DNA of 64,000 nucleotides from Candidatus Micrarchaeota archaeon (GTDB lineage: Archaea > Micrarchaeota > Micrarchaeia > Anstonellales > Bilamarchaeaceae), in NCBI GenBank assembly GCA_040753215.1, contig JBFMEZ010000025.1:74440-138439 (forward strand). The letters are read 5' to 3'. The notes under the pieces were generated by a model. The model was not told where the DNA came from. It saw only the letters and a list, made by a program, of their open reading frames with translations, and did no database searches. Positions 53,615 to 61,996 of the stretch are shown here, one piece after another (within the stretch, counting starts at the first letter, position 1; each line of letters opens with the position of its first letter). The position numbers were made by a program, and so were the translations under genes.

Positions 53615-54202
53615 ATGCGGAAATACAATCCTATGGGTCCGTATTCTGGCGGCAGGTTTCTGCGCACCAGCGCGATGCCGCCAAACGTAATAAAATTCAC
53701 GCCTGAGAGGCGGAAGAGGGACGTTCTCCCGCCAGACCGGCTTATGCCGGCAAAAGTAATCGATATTGCAGGGGCGCTGACAGCCAGGCGCAGCAAGGAG
53801 CTGGCCTCCGTAGCGTCTTCCCTGCAATCCGGCTGGAACATCCTGAGCGATGCCGTATTCCACGGAAAGGGCAGGCACTCCATCAATCAGGCGGTGGAAT
53901 CAATGGCCGTAAGCCTCTCCAGGATAAGCGAGATAATCAAAAGGGACCCGCACGTGCTTTTTCTCCCGGCAAATGGACGCAGGCACCTCATGTCGGACCT
54001 TGCGCAGCTCATAAAGGAGTTCACGCAGCAGAAGGACAAGGGCGCATTCAGGCGCGCGGCAGAGCCGCCCAGCGACCACTGGCTCCTCGCCTGGGTGGTA
54101 TGGAACTTCTATGTAATCGCCATGCTCACACACGGGCTGAAGATAAGCGAGGATGCAAAGCGCTATGAAGAATTCCACCAGAAGGCAGCCACCCGGCATT
54201 AG
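53615..54202 (+). CDS. Hypothetical protein
   Basis: 195-aa ORF that overlaps the ksgA start by about 50 nt. Confidence 0.35.
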   Translation: MRKYNPMGPYSGGRFLRTSAMPPNVIKFTPERRKRDVLPPDRLMPAKVIDIAGALTARRSKELASVASSLQSGWNILSDAVFHGKGRHSINQAVESMAVSLSRISEIIKRDPHVLFLPANGRRHLMSDLAQLIKEFTQQKDKGAFRRAAEPPSDHWLLAWVVWNFYVIAMLTHGLKISEDAKRYEEFHQKAATRH

Positions 54203-54929
54203 GAAAAGCAGGAGGCTGGGCCAGCATTTCCTCAGCAGCCCCCAAATCCTGGAATTCGAAGCCGAAGCCGCAGGGGTGGAGGGCAAAACCGTAGTAGAAA
54301 TAGGCGGGGGGGACGGAAGGCTCACAGAAAAGCTGCTTGCAAAAAGCCCGAAGAAACTGACCGTGGTGGAAAAGGATTCCCGATGGGCAGATTTCCTCGG
54401 GCACAAGTTCGGAGACAGGATAGAAGTCCTTCAGAAGGATTTCCTGGACACGGAGCTTGATGCGGAGATATTCGTGGGCAACATACCATACTACATCTCC
54501 TCCCCCATCATTTTCCACATCGCAAAAAGGGATTTCTTGCGCGCCCTCCTTATGGTCCAGGAGGAATTCGCGGAGAGGATGGCCGCGAAGCCCCACACAA
54601 AAGAATACGGGCGCCTCAGCGTCACCTCCCAGCTCCTCTTCAGGATAAAACTCCTGAAAAAGGTGAAGAGGGGCGCCTTCTCGCCCCCTCCGGAAGTGGA
54701 TTCCGCGATAATCCTGCTCGAGAAAAGAACATCCTCCCTGGACCCGTGGACAGAGAAGATAATCCTCGCCCTCTTCCAGCACAAGAACCAGATGGTTTCA
54801 AATGCCCTCAGGCATGCGGGCATAGCCCCGAAGGCATGGCTCCCGAAAAAGAGGCCCAGGGAGATGGGCCCCGAAGAAATAGTAAAACTTGCGGAGTCTA
54901 TCCGGCCTTCAGGTGCTGCTCGAGCGTGA
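54153..54929 (+). CDS. ksgA: 16S rRNA (adenine1518/1519-N6)-dimethyltransferase KsgA/Dim1
   Basis: The N-terminal LGQHFL, SAM motif VVEIGGGDG, and NIPY motif are present. Confidence 0.85.
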   Translation: MQSAMKNSTRRQPPGIRKSRRLGQHFLSSPQILEFEAEAAGVEGKTVVEIGGGDGRLTEKLLAKSPKKLTVVEKDSRWADFLGHKFGDRIEVLQKDFLDTELDAEIFVGNIPYYISSPIIFHIAKRDFLRALLMVQEEFAERMAAKPHTKEYGRLSVTSQLLFRIKLLKKVKRGAFSPPPEVDSAIILLEKRTSSLDPWTEKIILALFQHKNQMVSNALRHAGIAPKAWLPKKRPREMGPEEIVKLAESIRPSGAARA

Positions 54930-55239
54930 AATTCTCCTCCCCCTCAACCGTAAGCTTCACCGGGCCCTGGGAGAGCGGATAAAAAAACTCGACCCTGTCC
55001 CCCGGCTTAAGGTCCTCTTTCACAAACACTATCGGCTCCTCGCCCACCACGTCCTCTATCACGGCCCTCTTTATCGGGATGAACGTCTGGAGGAACACCC
55101 TGCTCTTCCCCTCGTACGCGGTCTTCTCGAATTTGACGAGCGATGAGAACCTCCGCCACAGGAAGAAGAGTATTATCAGGAATACTGCCAGCCCGAAGAA
55201 CGCAAACAAGCCCAGGAGTATCAGCTTTATGTCCATCAA
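54898..55239 (-). CDS. Small membrane protein (one N-terminal TM helix)
   Basis: The N-terminus IKLILLGLFAFFGLAVFLIILFFLW is a hydrophobic helix. 113 aa. Confidence 0.4.
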   Translation of the reverse strand: MMDIKLILLGLFAFFGLAVFLIILFFLWRRFSSLVKFEKTAYEGKSRVFLQTFIPIKRAVIEDVVGEEPIVFVKEDLKPGDRVEFFYPLSQGPVKLTVEGEENFTLEQHLKAG

Positions 55240-55625
55240 ACCATCCCAAGCCTCGCCCTGGAACGCAGCACAATGACCTTTACTCCCGCATTTTTTAATT
55301 TATGCCTGAGCGCGGCATCGTTCGTCGCCACAACCGCGCCCTCCTTTTCGGCGTATTCAGCAATCCAGCCGTCCACATCCCCGGCGCTCCTCACCCTCCT
55401 TACTTTATGCGCCTCCAGGAACTTCAGCGCAAACCTCGCTGCCGCCCCCTCCTTCCCCCTGCCCTTCGCGAGCTTCCCAAGCTCCGCGGCCACGCCATCG
55501 GGCACGACAAGCTCGTGCGGCGCCTCCAGCAGCCCCTCAATCTGCTTTGCGATGTCCACTCCGAACTGGTAGGGGAGGAGCAGGAAGTTCGTGTCCAGGA
55601 CAACCTTCTTCAGGATAGAATCTCC
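55236..55625 (-). CDS. PIN-domain protein downstream of ftsY; start codon unclear
   Basis: The PIN first strand with catalytic Asp (KKVVLDTNFLLLPYQF) lies upstream of the first in-frame ATG/GTG. Only ATC/CTG codons are available. The reading frame stays open across the ftsY stop. Confidence 0.45.
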   Translation of the reverse strand, partial: GDSILKKVVLDTNFLLLPYQFGVDIAKQIEGLLEAPHELVVPDGVAAELGKLAKGRGKEGAAARFALKFLEAHKVRRVRSAGDVDGWIAEYAEKEGAVVATNDAALRHKLKNAGVKVIVLRSRARLGMV

Positions 55626-56710
55626 CCTATAATCCTGTCGGGGTCGAACGGCTCGATGTCCCCGTACCCCTGCCCGGTCCCCACGTATATCACCGGCAGC
55701 CCGGTCACCTTTGACACGGAAACAACCGCCCCTCCCTTCGCATCGCAGTCCAGCTTGGTGAGTATCACGCCGTCAAGCCCTATCTCCTTATGGAAAACCG
55801 AAATCTGCTCCACAATCGCGTTCCCCGCGATGCTCTCCCCGACATAAATCTTGAGCTGCGGCGCGATGACCCTGTCCATCTTCTTCAGCTGGTTTATGAG
55901 GTTTATGTTCGTGTCCTGCCTTCCCGCAGTGTCTATGAGCACTGCATCCGCCCCGTGCGCCTTCGCGTATTCCACCGCGTCGAACGCGAGCGCGGTCGGG
56001 TCCGAGCCGTAGGCGCCCGAGACGACCTTCACCCCGAGCCGGTCCCCGTGGTGCCTAAGCTGCTCCACTGCAGCAGCCCTGAAGGTGTCCGAAGCCGCAA
56101 TCACGACCGATAGCCCCTCATTCTGCAGCATCTTCGTTATCTTCGCTATCGTGGTTGTTTTCCCTGAGCCGTTCGGCCCCATGATCATTACCTTCGCAGG
56201 CTTTTCCGTTTCCCTCACCCTCTCCGGGATGGAAAAGCCCTTCACGCCCACAAGCCCGATGAGCGTCTCCCTGAGCTGCCCCTTCACGAATTCCGCGGTC
56301 TTTCCCTTCGGGATTTTCGCCCCCACGACCCTCTTCCTGAGCTCTTTCTTCACGTCCTCGGCAACCTCAAGCGCCACATCGCTCTCTATGAGCCCGAGCT
56401 CCAGTTCGTCCAGCAGCTCCCCGACCTCGGATTCCTTTATCTCCGATGCGCCGGTGATGGTCTCCTTTACGGCAGAAAAGATATCCTTCCTTACCTTCCT
56501 TTCCAGCTCCGCGGTTTCCTGCCCCGCAACCCTTCCGGTTTCCAGTTTCCGGCTCCCAGTTTCCCGGGCGCGTTCCTCCCTCCTTTCCATAATTGGGGCG
56601 GCTGCCTCCGCCGCCTTTTTCTCTTCAAAAACAGCCTCCGGCTTCCTCTCCTCCTTCCCGGCTATGCTCTCCACGAAACCCGAAATCTTCTTCTTCAGGA
56701 GCTCAAACAC
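55610..56710 (-). CDS. ftsY: Signal recognition particle receptor FtsY
   Basis: The NG domain motifs GPNGSGKTTT, DTFRAAA, and DTAGR are present. The N-terminal acidic region contains an in-frame heptamer array (ETGSRKLETG). Confidence 0.9.
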   Translation of the reverse strand: MFELLKKKISGFVESIAGKEERKPEAVFEEKKAAEAAAPIMERREERARETGSRKLETGRVAGQETAELERKVRKDIFSAVKETITGASEIKESEVGELLDELELGLIESDVALEVAEDVKKELRKRVVGAKIPKGKTAEFVKGQLRETLIGLVGVKGFSIPERVRETEKPAKVMIMGPNGSGKTTTIAKITKMLQNEGLSVVIAASDTFRAAAVEQLRHHGDRLGVKVVSGAYGSDPTALAFDAVEYAKAHGADAVLIDTAGRQDTNINLINQLKKMDRVIAPQLKIYVGESIAGNAIVEQISVFHKEIGLDGVILTKLDCDAKGGAVVSVSKVTGLPVIYVGTGQGYGDIEPFDPDRIIGEILS

Positions 56711-56750
56711 TCAATACCCTCTCCCTTCCGGCATCGTGCGCACCTGCGCA

Positions 56751-57155
56751 TCAGCCAGCCTCCTCATGGGCCCTTCCCCCCTTTTCCCTGTATGCCTTTT
56801 CAAGCCTCGCGAACTCCTCGTCAGCCTTCCTGAGCTCGTTCCTGAGGTTCTGGATTGCGGCCTCAGTCATCTTCATGCGCGCATCTATCTCCTTCTTCGC
56901 GCCCTCCGCATCGTATTCCATTATGTAGTTCGCGCCTACCGGGATGTACACCTTCTTCGCCTCAAGCCTCGCCTTTATGAACGCCCCGCCGCCCACGGGC
57001 ACGAGCCCCTGCTCCTCCTTCATCTGGGCGATTGTGGTGAGCGAATTGTTCAGGTCCAGCATGGAGAGCATCATCCTCTCCACCTCCCTCTCTATGTAAT
57101 TCCTCTGCTGCCCCACAAGCCTTGCCCGCGAAACGATCTCTTCCCTCTCCATCAT
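56751..57155 (-). CDS. pfdA: Prefoldin alpha subunit
   Basis: Coiled coil - beta hairpin - coiled coil architecture with motif YIPVGANYIMEY. The conserved position between rplX and ftsY also supports the call. Confidence 0.75.
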   Translation of the reverse strand: MMEREEIVSRARLVGQQRNYIEREVERMMLSMLDLNNSLTTIAQMKEEQGLVPVGGGAFIKARLEAKKVYIPVGANYIMEYDAEGAKKEIDARMKMTEAAIQNLRNELRKADEEFARLEKAYREKGGRAHEEAG

Positions 57156-57171
57156 CCCACCTTTTCCAGAG

Positions 57172-57262
57172 AAAACGCGGGGGAAGCGTCCCCCCCATTT
57201 TCTTCTATCTCTCTGACCCCCCTCAACTTCGCATCAAAATTCTTCTGACTTCTTCTTACGCT
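57172..57262 (+). repeat. Family B repeat, copy B8, inserted between rplX and pfdA
   Basis: Reads aaaacgcgggggaagcgtcccccccattttcttctatctctctgacccccctcaacttcgc...cttcttacgc. It is flanked by similar ~11-18 bp segments ggagaaggtggtctagatga / ggaaaaggtgggatgatgg. Confidence 0.7.
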
Positions 57263-57274
57263 CCTAGCCGTCAT

Positions 57275-57450
57275 CTAGACCACCTTCTCCACGTTCTCGA
57301 CCTTTATCATGCTCCTCGGTATCCCGTTCGCCGCCCCGAGCAGCATGTAGGCCTTCTCCACCGCGAATTTCTCGGTGCCTGCCTCGACCTCCTTGGCGAA
57401 CTTTCTCCACTCCCTTCCAAGCCTCATCGTCCCGCTTACCCTGAATTTCA
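57275..57450 (-). CDS. rplX: Ribosomal protein LX (L18Ae)
   Basis: Translates to MKFRVSGTMRLGREWRKFAKEVEAGTEKFAVEKAYMLLGAANGIPRSMIKVENVEKVV. At 58 aa it is below the ORF-track cutoff. Confidence 0.7.
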
Positions 57451-57487
57451 TATTTTCACCCTATTCCATCTATGAATCACTATTTCC

Positions 57488-57808
57488 TCATCCCACCTTT
57501 GCCCCTTCGCCCACATCCCTGTCCACCGTCAGCAGCACAACCCCTTTATCGTCCCATGCCGCCAGCAGCATCCCCTGCGATTCCAGCCCCATCATCTTTT
57601 TCGGCTCCAGGTTTGCTAGCACCACTATCTTCTTCCCCACAACCTCCTCAGGCGCATAGTCCTTCCCGATTCCGGCGACCAGCTGCCTCCTTTCCGTTCC
57701 GAGGTCCACATCCATCCTCAGGAGCTTCTCCGAGCCCTGGACCCTCTCCGCGGCGGCCACCCTCCCGATGCGCATCTCCAGCCTGGCGAAATCCGCATAG
57801 CTTACCAT
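57488..57808 (-). CDS. tRNA-binding domain protein (Trbp111/CsaA/EMAP-like OB fold)
   Basis: The protein starts MVSYADFARLEMRIGRV and continues ...LVAGI...ESQGMLL. 106 aa. Confidence 0.7.
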   Translation of the reverse strand: MVSYADFARLEMRIGRVAAAERVQGSEKLLRMDVDLGTERRQLVAGIGKDYAPEEVVGKKIVVLANLEPKKMMGLESQGMLLAAWDDKGVVLLTVDRDVGEGAKVG

Positions 57809-57812
57809 AGCC

Positions 57813-58487
57813 CTACCCCAGGAAGCCCAGCGCCTCCTCGGCCCTACCCATCTCAAAGGCGCTGGTGCCCTCTCCGGCCACATATCCCCGGTCGTTGGCG
57901 AGCATGCACACCGAAACGAACCCCGTCCCCATGTTTGCGGTGCCTTTCGCACCCTTCACCCTGAAGATCCTTTCCAGTTCCCCCACTTCCTCCTCATTCG
58001 CCCCGTAGTGCACAAGGAATCCCCTGTTGGTGGCAACGCAGAGCGAACCGACGGTGGCGTATCCTCCGATGTGCATCGGCACCAGCTCCACCCCGAGGCA
58101 TTCCTCCATCCTTCTCCTCTCCGCCGCATGCACGTGCACGCTGATTATCCCGCCCCTGTCGTTCACGGCGATGTTGTTCCCGTGCGCGTTCAGCTTCTCC
58201 CCGCTCGCGTAAACCTCCAGCCCGGTTTCAACCCTGAGCTTTCCCATGAGCGCCCCGTCAAACCGCGGCATGACAATCCCGCGCGAATTCATCGCCGCGT
58301 AAATACCGTTCAGGCTGCTCCCCCCCATGCCGCAAACCACCCCCCTGGTCCCGAGCGCGCCGCATACCCTGTGCACAAAGTTCGCGGAAGCGCCCTCCGG
58401 GAATATGGTGTGCGAGTTGTTCGTGGCCGCGAATATGCCGATGAACGGGTTTCCGTAGTAGGCGGCCTTCCTGTGCTCGAGCGTCAT
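57813..58487 (-). CDS. eif6: Translation initiation factor 6 (aIF6)
   Basis: Five-fold pseudosymmetric repeats with characteristic GNxxxxN/D motifs. 224 aa. Confidence 0.85.
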   Translation of the reverse strand: MTLEHRKAAYYGNPFIGIFAATNNSHTIFPEGASANFVHRVCGALGTRGVVCGMGGSSLNGIYAAMNSRGIVMPRFDGALMGKLRVETGLEVYASGEKLNAHGNNIAVNDRGGIISVHVHAAERRRMEECLGVELVPMHIGGYATVGSLCVATNRGFLVHYGANEEEVGELERIFRVKGAKGTANMGTGFVSVCMLANDRGYVAGEGTSAFEMGRAEEALGFLG

Positions 58488-58882
58488 TTCTTCTCTTCCT
58501 TCTCCGGCCCTTTTTTGGATGCCTCCTTCCCTTTTTCCGGCGCTTCCTTCCCGTGCGCCTCTTTCGGGGCTTCCTCGGGCTCCTTCCCCTTTTTCTCTTC
58601 CTTCTTCGCCTCCTTCTTTTCCTCCGGCTTCTCGTCTATGAGGTAGGCCCTCACAACCCCCGCCTCCTTCACAGCCCTCATCTTCACCTTCCTGGGCGGC
58701 TTCTGCATCCCCCTCCGGAAAAGCAGCTCATTCGCCTTTTCGCTTATCTTCACGTCCTCCGCCTTCATGTGCCTTGAGAGGAATGAGCGCACGATCTTAA
58801 CGGCCCTCCTTGCCCTCCTCACCCTGGAGTAATCGTACGCCTTTCCCAGTGGTATCGTATAAATCCTTTCAAGCTCAGCCAT
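58484..58882 (-). CDS. rpl31e: Ribosomal protein L31e with Lys/Glu-rich C-terminal extension
   Basis: The protein begins MAELERIYTIPLGKAYDYSRVRRARRAVKIVRSFL and continues ...VKISEKANELLF. The tail is KEAKKEEKKGKEPEE.... Confidence 0.8.
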   Translation of the reverse strand: MAELERIYTIPLGKAYDYSRVRRARRAVKIVRSFLSRHMKAEDVKISEKANELLFRRGMQKPPRKVKMRAVKEAGVVRAYLIDEKPEEKKEAKKEEKKGKEPEEAPKEAHGKEAPEKGKEASKKGPEKEEKK

Positions 58883-58888
58883 GCTCTC

Positions 58889-58978
58889 ACTCCTCCCTAA
58901 AACGCGGAGGGGAGCGCCCCTCCCCATTTTGAGGGTTCATTCTGACCCTCCCCCATCTCCCCTTTCCATTGCTTTGCA
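58889..58978 (+). repeat. Family B repeat, copy B9, inserted between rpl39e and rpl31e and flanked by a 15-bp direct duplication (catgctctcactcct)
   Basis: The duplicates at 58870-58884 and 58977-58991 contain the rpl31e RBS/ATG and the rpl39e stop region respectively. Confidence 0.75.
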
Positions 58979-58983
58979 TGCTC

Positions 58984-59142
58984 TCACTCCTTAATCCTCA
59001 GCTTGCTGGTCCTCCATTCCCTTCTCCTGTTGTTCCAGAGGACCTTCCTTTTGGTCCTCACGGTGACGAATATCGGCATCCTCCTGTTCTGCCTGCCCGC
59101 CTTCGCGAGCCTTCTCTTTTTCAGTCCGCTCTTCTTTCCCAT
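58984..59142 (-). CDS. rpl39e: Ribosomal protein L39e
   Basis: Translates to MGKKSGLKKRRLAKAGRQNRRMPIFVTVRTKRKVLWNNRRREWRTSKLRIKE. It is below the ORF-track cutoff. Confidence 0.75.
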   Translation of the reverse strand: MGKKSGLKKRRLAKAGRQNRRMPIFVTVRTKRKVLWNNRRREWRTSKLRIKE

Positions 59143-59151
59143 ATGAACACC

Positions 59152-59433
59152 CTACTTGAACACGATCTTCGTTTCCCTTTCGCCCCCGCGCATCATCCGC
59201 AGAAGGGCAAGCACTTCCGCATCCCCGAGCTTCTTCCCGCCCCTCTTCGCGTACGCGAGAACCTGCCTCGCGGCAGCGGCATACAGCTCCGGCTTCGCAA
59301 GCCTCACGTTCATGAGCCGCTCATACGCTTCCGGGGTGAGGCAAAGGCGTAGCGCCGCTTTCAGCTGCGCCTCCATCCTTTTCGCTTCCAGGAGCCTTTC
59401 CTCTTCGCTCCCGGCTCCCTCCTCTTCGCCCAT
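59152..59433 (-). CDS. PDCD5/TFAR19-like double-stranded DNA-binding protein
   Basis: The segment LTPEAYERLMNVRLAKPELY matches the family. The position between rps19e and rpl39e is conserved. Confidence 0.7.
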   Translation of the reverse strand: MGEEEGAGSEEERLLEAKRMEAQLKAALRLCLTPEAYERLMNVRLAKPELYAAAARQVLAYAKRGGKKLGDAEVLALLRMMRGGERETKIVFK

Positions 59434-59452
59434 ATAAGTCCCCAGTTTCTAT

Positions 59453-59544
59453 ATCGCTTCGCGATAACTCCATGTTGCCTCGGCAACAACTGGCGAAGTT
59501 CTGCGGAACTTCACCATGGCAGAAACCCCCCGGGTTTCCGCCAT
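59453..59544 (+). repeat. Family A repeat, copy A5 (between rps19e and the PDCD5-like gene)
   Basis: Reads atcgcttcgcgataactccatgttgcctcggcaacaactggcgaagttctgcggaacttcaccatggcagaaaccccccgggtttccgccat. Confidence 0.8.
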
Positions 59545-59570
59545 CCGGTTCCCAGTCCCCGGTTCCGCGC

Positions 59571-59984
59571 TCAGCCGCCCTTTATCGCGGTTGCTGCTTT
59601 GTCAAGCAGCGCCCTCCCTTTCGGGGTCAGTTCCCTCCCTTTCCTGGCCTTCCTCATGAGCCCGGCCTTCTCAAGCGCCTGCATGGCCTTCCTTATCGTT
59701 GAGCCCCCGGCGGGCCTGTGCTTCTGCGGCTTCACGCCCCTTCCCTTCCTTCCGCCGTAGTGCCTCCTCAGCCTCTGCACCCCGGTCCCCGGGTTCACGT
59801 ATGCCTGCCTCATGACCGAGGCGCACCTCACAAACCAGAAGTCAGGGTCCTCGGGGGGCCTCTCGGCGTGGGCGCCGCTCTTCACTATTCCCACGAACGC
59901 GGGCCTCTCTATCCCCATCTCCCTGAGCCTTCCGGCCACTTCCTTCACGAGCCTGTTCGGCTCCACGTCATAAGCTCTGACCAT
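59571..59984 (-). CDS. rps19e: Ribosomal protein S19e
   Basis: The protein begins MVRAYDVEPNRLVKEVAGRL and continues ...PAFVGIVKSG. 137 aa. Confidence 0.75.
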   Translation of the reverse strand: MVRAYDVEPNRLVKEVAGRLREMGIERPAFVGIVKSGAHAERPPEDPDFWFVRCASVMRQAYVNPGTGVQRLRRHYGGRKGRGVKPQKHRPAGGSTIRKAMQALEKAGLMRKARKGRELTPKGRALLDKAATAIKGG

Positions 59985-60077
59985 ATATCCACCTTATCCT
60001 GTATCGCAACTCTCTAATAAGCTGGAATTGTAAGTCAATATATTCTGTCGTTTCCTATTTAAACCTTACAGATTCGC

Positions 60078-61994
60078 TCAGATGAATTCCGAGAGCCCGT
60101 CCACCGTGGTAATGGTGACCTTCCCGTTCTCCAGCTTCAGGTCCATCTCCGCCCTCGAGAGCGGCTCCATGGAATCCAGGAACCTCCTCTTCTCCTCCTC
60201 GTCCTCAAAAACGAGTATGAGGTGCTTGTCCGTGTTGAAATATTCGGTGCTCACCACGAACCTGTCAAGCTCGAACCCTCCCCACGCGTCCCTGAACTTC
60301 TCGCCCGAGAGGACCAGCGCATCCCTCGCCTTCCTCTTCATTACGTTCTTCCTCACGTCCCCCCATCCGCGCAGCTGGTAGTAGTCCCCGTACCTCTCCA
60401 CGAGCCCCCGCTCCTCCATCTTCTTCATCAGGCTCTCCACGTCCCCGTCATACATGTCCGCACCGTCGGTCATGTTCTTCTTGAAGCTCTGCATCAGCTC
60501 CTTCAGCGAAACGGGCACGTCCTTCCACCCGCAGCTCTTCTCCACGTCCCGTATCGCATCCACCACCTGCCCGGGCGCAACCCACACCGTGTTGGCCTTC
60601 TTCTTCCCCATCTTCTCTATCCTCAGCGTATAAACCGGCCTCCTCCTGATGCTCGCATAAACGTAAACCCCCGCGATTACCGCGAGCCCTGGCACCAGCC
60701 ATTTGAGGTAAACGTCGAACAGCCCCTCCTCCTTCTGGCTGTACGGTATGGTCTCCACATACTCGAGGTACCTTACCCTGAAGTTGTTCTCCCCCGCCCT
60801 GAGCCTCGCGGGGACCGCCATCTGCCCGTCGGCTATTGAGAATTCCCTCTCCTCGTCCCCGTCCATCGAGACGGCCGCCCTGCCGCTCTTGACCGGTACG
60901 CCGTCCACAGTCACGTTGAATATCACCCGCACGTCCCTCACGTCGACTATGCTTACGTCTATCCTCTTCACGTGCATGTGCGCGGAGCCCAGCATCCCGG
61001 AGCTATCGTAAACCCAGAATATGTAGTCCCCCGGCTCCTCAAACTCGAACGTATAGTAGAACACCTTCTCGCTCCCCACGTACCCAAGCTCCTCCGCGGC
61101 TATCTGGTCGCCTTCCCTCTCCAGGGTGTAGAGCACCTTCCCCGCGCTCTGGTTGACCGTGAAGAAAAGCTCCGCCTTCTCCCAGGGGTATATGCTCGGC
61201 GTTACGGTCACCTCTATCGGCTCCATCGGCATCCTCTGGGAGTCGATTATGCCCTTCTGCCCGCCCGCCTCGTAGATGAACCTGTAGTATCCCCCGTGCC
61301 CGAGCGGGACGAACAACGTTTTCCTGCCGGAGAACGAGGAGAATGCGAAATCCGACTCCGCGCTCTCAGCCCACTCGTTCTTCAGGATCTCCTCCGCCAG
61401 CTCCTCCGGCTCCCCGCGCGCGTCCAGGAAGTCGCCCAGCTTCATCTCCCTAACCACGAGCTTCTCCCTGCTCTCGTTGTCCAGCTGCGCGAGCCAGTAG
61501 TCCTGCCTTAGTTCCCTCGACAGGACGAAATCCGTCTTCCCTATGTACACTATCCTGTTGTCGCGCGAATGCAGCGCGCCCAGGTCGTCCAGCACATACC
61601 TGGGCATCGCCCCGCTGGGTATGATTATGACGCTCTCCCTGATGGCCCTCAGGTCCGCGGCGCTCACCACCTGCACGCTCATCCCGTACTGCTCAAGCCC
61701 GCTCATCCTCTCAACGAATTCCCCGAACCTGTTCGTCGTCTCATCGTCTATCCCTTCCTCGCTTAATACCGCAACAGAGGTTTTCGGCTTCTCTCCCAGC
61801 GCGACGAGCCTCGCGCTCCCGCTCCCGTTGGCCAGGAAAAGGTAGTATGCGTCCACTCCCGCCCTGCCCCCCTTTATGGGCTGCACGAACCCGGTGGGCG
61901 CCTGCTCCTCCTTCGTGCCGAGCAGCGTCATCGCTATTGTAGCCGCAAGGAAAAGCGCAACTATCCCCAGCATTATCAGCTTCCTGCCGGCCAT
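60078..61994 (-). CDS. Hypothetical membrane-anchored protein (N-terminal TM, large extracellular domain, second TM, cytoplasmic tail)
   Basis: 638 aa with hydrophobic segments at the N-terminus and near residue 440. No domain was recognised. Confidence 0.45.
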   Translation of the reverse strand: MAGRKLIMLGIVALFLAATIAMTLLGTKEEQAPTGFVQPIKGGRAGVDAYYLFLANGSGSARLVALGEKPKTSVAVLSEEGIDDETTNRFGEFVERMSGLEQYGMSVQVVSAADLRAIRESVIIIPSGAMPRYVLDDLGALHSRDNRIVYIGKTDFVLSRELRQDYWLAQLDNESREKLVVREMKLGDFLDARGEPEELAEEILKNEWAESAESDFAFSSFSGRKTLFVPLGHGGYYRFIYEAGGQKGIIDSQRMPMEPIEVTVTPSIYPWEKAELFFTVNQSAGKVLYTLEREGDQIAAEELGYVGSEKVFYYTFEFEEPGDYIFWVYDSSGMLGSAHMHVKRIDVSIVDVRDVRVIFNVTVDGVPVKSGRAAVSMDGDEEREFSIADGQMAVPARLRAGENNFRVRYLEYVETIPYSQKEEGLFDVYLKWLVPGLAVIAGVYVYASIRRRPVYTLRIEKMGKKKANTVWVAPGQVVDAIRDVEKSCGWKDVPVSLKELMQSFKKNMTDGADMYDGDVESLMKKMEERGLVERYGDYYQLRGWGDVRKNVMKRKARDALVLSGEKFRDAWGGFELDRFVVSTEYFNTDKHLILVFEDEEEKRRFLDSMEPLSRAEMDLKLENGKVTITTVDGLSEFI

Positions 61995-61996
61995 CT

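Noticed and set aside
59472-59702. ORFs 59472..59702 and 8218..8526 sharing the peptide MLPRQQLAKFCGTSPWQKP
   Set aside because: The shared peptide is encoded by family A repeat copies. The ORFs overlap rps19e and MBL-gene 3' regions, so they are artefacts of repeat sequence identity.
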